A stretch of DNA of 64,000 nucleotides from Mytilus trossulus (taxonomy: Eukaryota), in contig NC_086382.1 of NCBI RefSeq assembly GCF_036588685.1, positions 54,374,001 through 54,438,000 on the forward strand. Direction: 5' to 3'. The notes beneath the pieces were generated by a model. That model was not told where the DNA came from and did no database searches. It saw only the letters and a program-made list of their open reading frames with translations. Both the position numbers and the translations under genes were made by a program. Shown here piece after piece: positions 49,034 to 59,024 of the stretch (position 1 is the stretch's first letter; the number at the start of each line of letters is the position of its first letter).

Positions 49034-52000
49034 CACTCTGTTAGCCCCAATCCAACTTAAACTTATAATTTAAAACATAATGCGATATTACTAAAAAGGC
49101 ACATACAAATTAATTTGTCCAATCTGGGTTTCTTAAACGTTCTTCAATATACATGTAGACAATGTCAATACGAAAACTCATAAAAACATAAAATGGATCA
49201 TCGAAATCCGAGGATAAATCCGTGTACAAAGCTGAATACAGATGTATGTCCAGAATGGATTCATATTTATATATATATATTTTTATATATATATCTCGGA
49301 CCGAAGCTGTGGAGGAATATTTGGCAAGTTGTGCATTTCTTCTTATCCTGAACTTTTTATAAACTGAAGTAATAACTGCCGACGATGCTCGTTGGTGAAT
49401 TTTATTTTCAGTACCTCTCGTACAAATATTCGTTCTGAACGTGCATGAAATATTTGCCACTGAACTTTAGGCAACCAACAAGCATACAATCAATCTTGCA
49501 TAAAATTCGTTAATGTGTTAACAATAAAAGTAATGACATCATCAATATATTTTTAAATATTCATTAAAAAAAAATTGACTACACTTTTTAGTATTTATTG
49601 AAATCCCAATTTATTTAAAATATTTTTATATTTTAATTAGATTGTTGAAATCCATGTGTAGGGGTTTGGATGAAGATTTACAGAATAGAGAATCAATGAC
49701 AAAAGAAGCATGTTATGTGGACTGTTGTTTTGTCTTATTTGTGGTGGTGTTGTTGTCTGTTTTTCTACGACTTGTGTTTTATTGTCTCTCTGTCTCTTGG
49801 TATCTTCATCACGATTATAAAAGGAAACACTGGGCCTTCTTTGTCTTTTTTGCTAGCTATGTTAAAAATCTTATTTTTTTTGTGTACTTGTATGTTTACA
49901 AAACTCATTGATAACAAAAATACCCACATGACGATTTGGGTTTCTAAGCTTTCTAAACCCTCTTAATTTGGGTGAGTTAGGTGTTTCTGAATGGTCAGCA
50001 GTTTTTGCTCCACAAGTGGCACCCGTGGCGGTGCTCGTGATAAGTGTTTGATGACAAGTTACATTCAATAATGTAACGATCGAGTTAAAAATGACGAGTA
50101 CACATGACAAATGAAACGTTTTCGTGGTCATCTGGGACACAAATATTCTAAACTGATGGCCAACCAAATCATGATTGCGCCCGTAAAACGTTTCGAAGGG
50201 ATACATCTGTACCATTGGGAACCTATAGTATAAATGAACCATCCATTATGAAAGTTATAATAGGATTAACAATGCCTATAAAACGTAAAGAAATGAAAAA
50301 AAATCGTAATTAAAGGTCAATTAGTTTTATTAGGATATCGGCAAAGTCGATTTATTTGTATATTTGTCTGCCTTATCATTTTCTCATAAAACTTTTATAT
50401 ATATTTGAGAAAAATGTATATAAATCGATAAAAAAAACCTTGATATTCGGCATTTATTGTAATAAACATAATCCAACTCACATAATCCGATTTCCCGGGT
50501 GTTTCTGTTTTCTCATTTCTTACAATATTTTAATTCGGTATACACTTTATAAGATAAGTGGCGAATCTAGATGACGTATAGGTTGCACGCCCCGACCCCA
50601 CCTTTGGTTGCCAAAACTATATTGATTCCCGTATTTAACGATTTTGTAAAGCAAAAAATAATCAAAATATTGTTCAACTCGCTACGCTCGACGGTATGTA
50701 AAAGTTGTTCGAAATACGCCCACTTTGAAATCAACTGAATCCGTCTGTCCGTATATATTGTCAAAATATATTGACCAACGTCAGTGTACGATCATCATAA
50801 CACAATGGCTACAGTACAGACTCGTTTTTTTTAATAATGTTAACAAAATAATTATTATGGAATTTCATCGATGACCTGAGACTATTATACTAATTTGTAC
50901 ATAGCAGTATAGTTACAATTAGTGATAAATAAATTTTATTTTAATGCATGGTAGTTGTAATCCTACATTCATTTTCTATGTCGATTATGCATGCATATAC
51001 ATTTGTCTTATTATCAACGTTTATCCTTAAGAAGATTTATTTTTAACGATGGTAGAAAGATTACATACATGGAATGATTAGATTACTTATAAAGGTGTCT
51101 ATTCTTTTGTGCGAGAAAATCACATATCAATTGTGTGTTTCGATTTGTAAGACCGTAAACTTTAATTTCAAGTTTAAACATGTTCAACATATTTCCCCAT
51201 AACTCATATAGAAAACGCATATTTAGAGAGCTTTAATCTCAATATGCTATTAAAAAAGTTCGGGATGCAAAGTAAAATTAAAATATTTGTGTTCTATAAG
51301 AGTAGGAATTTGCTTATTATTTATTTGAATCTGAGACTCATATAAATAATAAGCCGCTGTCCGGTGAACGAACTTGTTTTCGAACGACCCACAAAACTCC
51401 TTTTGAACGCTGAAGTTAAATAATCAATTATAATGTAATGCGATTATGATTTTTTTTCTTTGACCAAACCGGGTTATGCATTTTGAAATCTATGACGAAA
51501 CCGGGTTGTATACATTGACGAAACCGGCCAGTTCCATTTTGACATGATCCATTTCTTTCGTTCCATACACAGAGTTACAATTATTGAGATGCTCATAATA
51601 ACTAAATTTGCAATCTCCGTGTCAATATCTATCTTCCCGTACCTTTCTTTCCGTACAATGTGAACAATTTAACGAGCAATTAAACAATTTCGAGGCAAGG
51701 TTCACTCAATTCGTCATTTTGACATGCATTTTGACTTATTTCTCCGTTAATATAGAACGGTTGTAGAAAATATTGCATCTCACAATAGAAAATAGTTGTA
51801 TATGTATACATATTCTTCGATATCATTAGGAAAATAAGAAAATAAGGAGAAACCTATCTTTCTTCTGTCTATTGATGTTCCGTCATTGTAACGGATGTTA
51901 GATACCATCGAGTCCGATCAAATTCTGCCGGTGTGGTTTAGACACAGTGAAATATTCTAAACTGATGGCCAATCAAATCATAATTGCGCCCGTAAAACGT

Positions 52001-52164
52001 TTCAAAGGGATATATCTGTACCATTGGGAACCTATAGTATAAATGAACCATTCATTATGAAAGTTATAATAGGATTAACAATGCCTATAAAATGACGTAT
52101 TGCATATGCAGACACTGCAACTGCTGATGCACATAAATGGAAAGTTGACAATTAATATCGTATA

Positions 52165-52320
52165 TTGACTTACATCTAGAAATATACAATGAGGGTTGGC
52201 AGAGAAAAAACAACTTTAAAACAAAAGAGATAATATCATCTACCCAATTGTTAACCTTCCTTTTCTATGAAGCAATATTCCAGTAGCATCTGCACTTGGA
52301 GTAAATATCTCCAAATGTGT
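52165..52320 (+). mobile_element. Decayed Penelope-like RT fragment
   Basis: DLHLEI..KRDN..PIVNLPFL*SNIP.ASA.GV.IS; longer duplicate near 56075-56400. Confidence 0.6.
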
Positions 52321-52690
52321 ATGGACTCATACTCAAACCAGTAGATAGTGCCAAGTACTTAGGAGTTTAAATATACACCAATCTATCATGGAACAAACAT
52401 ATCCAGAGTGTTATAGCAAAGGGTAACCGAACACTTTGGTTTGTTAAACGAAACCTAAATGAATGTTCAAGGAAAGTAGAGGCTTCTGGCTATACTACTC
52501 TCGTGCGACATGTCATATAGTATGCTTCTACTATATGGGACCCAACTAACCAAGCAAGTATCAACACACTAGAACTCATACAGAGGAGAGCTGCTAGAGT
52601 TGTCTATAATGACTACACATCACGCACATCATGGTGTGTCACTACAATGTTAGAAGACCTAAAATGGGACACATTACAGACAAGACGAGG
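52321..52690 (+). mobile_element. LINE fragment, duplicate of about 46214-46762 without the MITE
   Basis: Direct similarity to the upstream LINE copy. Confidence 0.82.
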
Positions 52691-52866
52691 CTTGATGAAA
52701 TACACATTTCTTTTATGATTTTAATCTAAATAGGATTAATTGAAGTCGGACTGTCCCTTAGTAAGTTCATAATTTTAACAGTCAATGCAATCGTTGACAA
52801 ACCAATTACTAAGTTATATATATTTCTTTTATTTTTCAGGCTGAGTGCTGAGTGCTGAGAACTGGG

Positions 52867-54417
52867 ATGTCTTACTGTACATTCAGAGAAAAGCATTACC
52901 AAAGACAGATCTGTCTTAAAATATACGAAGCCCGTGAAGCCAGAAAGTATTGTGATGTTACTTTGCAGTCTGGCGTTGTAAAAGTCACCGCACATAAACT
53001 TATTCTGACATCTTTTTCAGATTTTTTTGAGACACTGTTTCAAGGTAATTCATTACAGGAACTTTTTATAATAAGTGATATTTCTCCTGAAATACTAGAA
53101 ACTATCGTACAATTTGCGTACAGTGGGGAAATAAAGATAACAGTGCACAATGTAATGGAATTATATGAAGCTGCCGTTCTTCTGAAAGCAGATGGTCTGA
53201 AAAAGGTAGCAGTTAATTTCATGAAAAGGCATGTGCATGTTGATTTTGACAACCTTGTCAAAATGTCAACCTTTGCATGCACATTGAGTTTACTGCAACA
53301 ACAGAAAGCAGTATGCTCATTTATTACGAAGAATTTTGAAGATGTTAAAAAGAAAGGACTTTTGAATTCGCTTTCAGTAGATCATTTGGAAACATTGCTG
53401 TCAAACACCAACTTCTCGGTTTTGATATTTGATATTCCCGCCGAAAACATAGAACTGGAGTTGCTGAAGGTTGTACTAGAATACATCTCAAACAAAAGTG
53501 GTGATCAAATCGAAAAACTTAACGTAGATTCACTTTTATGGACTATCAAATTTTCGGAAATTCCGTTCCACGACTTAGTTGAAACATTAGAAAATTACCC
53601 TTCTGTATATGACAGTGATGCTATAAGAAATATTCTACTTTATATACAATACCCTAGAAATCAATCGATAGATCAACTATTGCCAAAGAAGTGGTCTGAG
53701 GTCAGGAAATTTTCAGGGTACTGTAGAAATATGGAATACCATTATGATTATCATGGACATAATTGGACAAGGGATATTGAATTTGTGGATGACCGTGCTT
53801 CAGAAATCAGAATGTTTGTCTCGAAATGTCTCTGCAGTACATTGGAGAAAAAGAAAGCTAGAACAAGGATCAATAGAATTGTAGTTACTTGCAGAAGTGG
53901 TAAAGAACTGAGCGTCATACACGAATACAGCAAGGAAAAGCCGTGCGAAAAGAAATGTTCTGGTATAGAACTATCAGAGGAGAGATTTGCATTACAACGG
54001 AACGAGGTTATTGTTAAAGTTGAGAGCTTTTACAATACTACAGAAATGGGTCTGAGGTTTAATTCTAATTTTGGCAACGTATTCGGCCCGTATGGCTCGG
54101 ATTTTCCCGAAGATACTGCTGGGATAAAAACCAATAAATCTGGAAGCGAGCGCGGATATTTTTACTCTTTCTGTGGAACTGTATTGACAAACACGTATTA
54201 CCCTAATTGTCTCTGGGTTGGAGTAAACTTACGAAGTCGGTCACCATCACCAGAGGAATCTGATGACAGAGATGAACATGAAAGAGATGAAAAAGACAGT
54301 TGGAGTAATGATAGTTATGAAGATCATAGCTACAGTGACCATGATAGTATAGACAAATATATAAATCTGGAAGAAGAGTTTTATGATTCTCCAGGGTACT
54401 TCCAAGACAGCGATTAA
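52867..54417 (+). CDS. BTB/POZ-BACK-jacalin-like protein, copy 2 (516 aa, intronless CDS)
   Basis: Near-identical paralog of 47498-49033; acceptor at 52838-52839; ATG at 52867. Confidence 0.88.
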   Translation: MSYCTFREKHYQRQICLKIYEAREARKYCDVTLQSGVVKVTAHKLILTSFSDFFETLFQGNSLQELFIISDISPEILETIVQFAYSGEIKITVHNVMELYEAAVLLKADGLKKVAVNFMKRHVHVDFDNLVKMSTFACTLSLLQQQKAVCSFITKNFEDVKKKGLLNSLSVDHLETLLSNTNFSVLIFDIPAENIELELLKVVLEYISNKSGDQIEKLNVDSLLWTIKFSEIPFHDLVETLENYPSVYDSDAIRNILLYIQYPRNQSIDQLLPKKWSEVRKFSGYCRNMEYHYDYHGHNWTRDIEFVDDRASEIRMFVSKCLCSTLEKKKARTRINRIVVTCRSGKELSVIHEYSKEKPCEKKCSGIELSEERFALQRNEVIVKVESFYNTTEMGLRFNSNFGNVFGPYGSDFPEDTAGIKTNKSGSERGYFYSFCGTVLTNTYYPNCLWVGVNLRSRSPSPEESDDRDEHERDEKDSWSNDSYEDHSYSDHDSIDKYINLEEEFYDSPGYFQDSD

Positions 54418-55029
54418 CATTCTGTTAGCCCCAATCCAACTTTAACTTATAATTTTAAACAGAATGCGGTATTACTAAAAAGGCACATACAAATTAATTT
54501 GTCCAGTCTGGGTTTCTTAAACGTTCTTCAATATACATGTAAACAGTGTCAATACAGAAACCGATAAAAACATAAAATGGACCATCGAAATCCGAGGATA
54601 AATCCTGGTATAAAGCTGAATACAGATGTATGTCCAGAATGGATTCATATATATATATATCTCGGACCGAAGCTGTGGAGGAATATTCGGCAAGTTGTGC
54701 ATTTCTTCTTATCCTGAACTTTTTTTAAACTGAAGTAAGAACTGCCGACGATGCTGCCGACGATACTCGTTGGTGAATTTTGTTTTCAGTATCTCTTGTA
54801 CAAAAATTCGTTCTGAACTTGCATGAAATTTCTGCCACTGAACTTTAAGCAATCAACAAGCATACAATCAAACTTGCATAAAATTCGTTACTCTTAACAA
54901 TAAAAGTAATGACATCATCAATATATTTTTTTAATATTCATTAAAAAAAATTTACTACACTATTTAGTACTTATTGAAATCCCAATCTAATTAAAATATT
55001 TCAGTAAGCTATATTTTTATATTTTAATT

Positions 55030-55435
55030 AAAATTGAGAATGGAAATGGGGAATGTGTCAAAGAGACAAACAACCCGACCAAAATAAAAAAAACAACAGC
55101 AGAAGGTCACCAACAGGTCTTCAATGTAGCGAGAAATTCCCGCACCCGGAGGCGTCCTTCAGCTGGCCCCTAAACAAATATATACCAGTTCAGTGATAAT
55201 GAACGCCATACTAATTTCCAAATTGTACACAAGAAACTAAAATTAAAATAATACAAGACTAACAAAGGTCAGAGGCTCCTGACTTGGGACAGGCGCAAAA
55301 ATGCGGCGGGGTTAAACATGTTTGTGAGATCTCAACCCTCCCCCTATACCTCTAACCAATGTAGAAAAGTAAACGCATAACAATACGCACATTAAAATTC
55401 AGTTCAAGAGAAGTCCGAGTCTGATGTCAGAAGAT
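55030..55435 (+). mobile_element. Interspersed repeat family A, present only in the second duplicate
   Basis: The paralogous site at 49631-49645 is empty (ttttaatt|agattg). Confidence 0.87.
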
Positions 55436-57371
55436 AGATTGCTGAAATCCATGTTTAAGGGTCTGAATGAAGATTTACAGAATAGAGAATCAATGACTAA
55501 AGAAGCATGTTATGTGGAATGTTCTTTGTCTTATCTTTAACAGTGGATGGTGTTGTTGTCTGCTTTTCTACGACTAGTGTTTTATTGCCTCTTGGTATCT
55601 TCTTCACGATCCGAAAAGGGAACACTGGGCCTTTTTTGTCTTTTTTGCTAGCTATGTTAAAAATCTTATTTTTTTGTGTACTTGTATGTTTACAAGCTAT
55701 CTAAACCCTCTTAATTTGGGTGAAATTAGGTGTTTCTGAAGGGTCAGCAGTTTTTTCTCCACAAGTGGTACCCATGACGGTGCTCGTGGTAAGTAAAATT
55801 TGATCAGGAGCCGCATTTAATAATGTAACAATCGAGTAAAAGACGACGAGTACACATGACAAATGATAAGTTTTCGTGGTCATCTGGGACACAAATATTC
55901 TAAACTGAGGGTCTACAAAATCATGATTGCGCCCGTAAAACAATTTCGAAGGGATATATATGTACCATTGGGAACCTATAGTATAAATGAACCATCCATT
56001 ATGGAAGTTATAATAGGATTAACAATGCCTATAAAATGACGTATTTCATATTTTGACAATTAATATCGTATATTGACTTACATCTAGAAATATACAATGA
56101 GGGTTGGCAGAGAAAAAAACCCCCATTAAAACAAAAGAGATAATATCATTTACCCAATTGTGAACCTTCCTTTTCTATGAAGCAACATTCCAGTAGCGTC
56201 TGCACTTGGAGTAAATACCTCCAAATGTGTATTAGAGCTCGCGGGTTTTTTTTTATCACGATTTTTTTATTAAGGGTTGATGCTGACAATAGAGTTGTAA
56301 AACTAAAAAGTTAAAGTCACCCCTTTGAGAATTTTACAGATGTAATAATTTACTTAATTGTGACCTCACCGAATGCATACACATATGTCCACGTGAAGCC
56401 CGATTGACTAGTGCTTCCGGAGGAAAACAGATTTTCGCCACGGCACTAGTTTTTGCTGTAGTTCGTAGTGCTCCGTCTTTATGTTTTCTATGTAAAACCA
56501 TGCAGAGACATTATATAGACATGTACACCTATGTGTATATTTGTCTCTCTGTGGACTTTATCTTTTCTTCGTTTTTCGCCCGTTTATCACCACTAAAGAA
56601 TTTTGAATGTCACGTGTGTACCTTGCGTTCTTTCGTTCCTTCGTCCGTCCGTCTGTCCCGCTTCATGTTAAAGTTTTTGGTCAAGGTAGTTTTTGAAGTC
56701 CAATCAACTTGGAACTAAGTACACATGTTCACTATGCTATGAACTTTCTAATTTAATGCCCCCCCCCCCCCCCCCCCCCCCAATTTCACGGTCCACTGAA
56801 CATAGAAATGATAGTGCGAGTGTGTCATCCGTGTACTATGGACACATTCTTGTTAATTGTGTGAATGTTTCATGATGTTCCAGAGGTTAGAACCCTCTTT
56901 TAAAATGACTGGATTCGCGTCTAAGGTTAGCCAAAGACAATAACATTATCATCAGCCGAACACCAACATGACCATGATGACCAAACACCTATACACGTTT
57001 TGAAAAGAGTTTATATGGTACGGTATTAACATAGTATATGTAACGTTATAATCCTCTATAATGCGAACTTTCGAAAGGTAATGCGAACATTTAAATCGAT
57101 ATTTATATATACACTTTGTACATATATGATATGTTATATTATATATATATATATATTTAGATTATATTTTTAAATGTCAAGAACAGAAAATTACCAAGGT
57201 CGATTTTGTTCAACTTCCTGTGTAAACATAACTATTTTTTCTTAGTTTTAGTTGATCTTAGAATGGATTGTTCATGATTTGTCAACATTGGCTTTGTGCA
57301 GAGATGCTATATTTGATAATTGTGACGTAATTGCATGCGTTTGGTATCGTTGTGACGCTATAGATTTCAAA

Positions 57372-59024
57372 ATGAACAGAAGCCAACATTCAAATACCAG
57401 AGCAGTTCAATCTCTCATACAACTTGTTCAAACTTTTGTTGATACAAAAGTTGTGAAGTCAGAAGTAGACAAGTTGCCGAAAATTGGAATTGAATCTTTC
57501 CACGATGAAAATAATCTGGATGTCCTTCACCATGCCATCATCGCCAACAACATTGAAGCTGTGACAGTTTTATTTTTCAAAGGATATTTTTTGCCACCAC
57601 ACGAGTATTATTCAATATCTTACATGCATCTTGCTGCCAAACTTGGACACAGAACTATACTTGGGTTACTTTTACAGGACAGACCTCATGACAATAAAGC
57701 TACTAACTTCAAGTATCAGTCGGCCAGTCAAAAACACTACATAAAACCAACGGACGGCGATGAACGAACCGAAGTTACTCCACTTGATGTTGCTGGCAAA
57801 TGTGGCCATATTAGATGTGTGAAATTAATACTTGACCATTGTTTAGGTCGATATCACGGCCGAAATAAGTTCTCTGGCAATGACGCTCATATCAACATGG
57901 CGTGTCAACTTGATTCGCCTTCAGCTTTGAGGCTTTTGTTGTCAGAGTCCCCTATAGACGATGACGTAAAAAGTGCTGTTGGCGCAGCTTTAAAATTAGC
58001 CAAACCAGAATGTTTGGATATCTTATTACGCTTACATCCAGATTTGAGATCACTGTTTGGAGGAATGAACCTATTCCATGTTCTATATTCCTATAGTTTC
58101 CTTTTTGACAAGAACTGGGTTGAAGCACTACCAACTGTGACCACTGTGTTGATACGCCATGGACACAGTGTTGCTTCAAACATACCCTTCAGAACATATC
58201 CATTGTACAGTTTGTTGTGCTTGTATGTGAAATGTTATGATATGCCAGAAAAACTTCCTTATATTATCGCTTGTGTTGTACTGCTGCTGAACGCTGGTGC
58301 TAATCCGAATTTCGACGAAATTGAATTTGAAATTGCTCAGGAAAATCTTAATGTTCAAACTGCATTTGGGAGATTAGCATACTCTACTGGATTGCATTGC
58401 TTCTATTCGAACATATGTAGTTTAAACCTTAATTTTGAGGAGGGAATAGAAATCAAAACGATTGTTGGAATGTTGCAACATTGTACAGAGATCCTTCTAC
58501 GTCACGGATCAAATTTGCAGCAAATAGGACGAGTTAACGAGGACGGGTCTTTGATGGGGACTGCATTACACTCTTTTTGTGATATGTCCATTTTGATTGG
58601 ATTAGACACAAAGACTCTATCTTTATTGTTAAAATATGGTGCAGATCCTGAAAAAGAATGCAATGGAATCTATCCGATTAGTTTAATATTCGAACAATTT
58701 GTTTGTTGTACCGTAGAGAATCTCACTATTAAAGACCTGGATATATTTTTGAATATTTTAAATATGATGTCGTATAAATGTGTCAATGAAATAATGAACG
58801 ACACGATCGAGTATAAAACTGAAGATGCATCTGAACAAATGAAATTTCAAAACAAAATTATTAGATACATGGCAGATATACTAAATGATTGGACATTGAA
58901 GAAGGAGTGCCAATATCTTATATTGAAAAACTGCAAGCGAAAGATGGCAAAAGTTCTCAAACTGCCCATTCCGATGCCACTGAAGACTGAAATTCTATCC
59001 GTAACGCTAAGCTTGGTACCTTGA
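57372..59024 (+). CDS. Ankyrin-repeat and SOCS-box protein (ASB-like), 550 aa, intronless CDS
   Basis: Ankyrin motifs VLHHAI, YMHLAAKLGH, TPLDVAGKCGHIRCVKLIL, LLLNAGANPN, LLLKYGADP; SOCS box TLKKECQYLI..LKLPIPMPLKTEI; ATG in aaaATG context at 57372. Confidence 0.88.
   Translation: MNRSQHSNTRAVQSLIQLVQTFVDTKVVKSEVDKLPKIGIESFHDENNLDVLHHAIIANNIEAVTVLFFKGYFLPPHEYYSISYMHLAAKLGHRTILGLLLQDRPHDNKATNFKYQSASQKHYIKPTDGDERTEVTPLDVAGKCGHIRCVKLILDHCLGRYHGRNKFSGNDAHINMACQLDSPSALRLLLSESPIDDDVKSAVGAALKLAKPECLDILLRLHPDLRSLFGGMNLFHVLYSYSFLFDKNWVEALPTVTTVLIRHGHSVASNIPFRTYPLYSLLCLYVKCYDMPEKLPYIIACVVLLLNAGANPNFDEIEFEIAQENLNVQTAFGRLAYSTGLHCFYSNICSLNLNFEEGIEIKTIVGMLQHCTEILLRHGSNLQQIGRVNEDGSLMGTALHSFCDMSILIGLDTKTLSLLLKYGADPEKECNGIYPISLIFEQFVCCTVENLTIKDLDIFLNILNMMSYKCVNEIMNDTIEYKTEDASEQMKFQNKIIRYMADILNDWTLKKECQYLILKNCKRKMAKVLKLPIPMPLKTEILSVTLSLVP

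Larger units (their letters stand above)
46214..56231 (+). repeat. Tandem segmental duplication (unit 1 about 46214-52320, unit 2 about 52321-56231)
   Basis: LINE piece, acceptor, CDS, 3' flank and Penelope-like piece are all repeated; junction ...ccaaatgtgt|atggac... Confidence 0.85.

Noticed and set aside
49110-50764. Short ORFs between the BTB genes, and similar 60-120 aa ORFs in introns and at 59505-63139
   Set aside because: AT-rich, repeat-derived or antisense shadows with no recognisable motifs.
57252-57371. 40-aa N-terminal extension of the ankyrin-SOCS ORF
   Set aside because: It starts at TTG; the first ATG in good context is at 57372.
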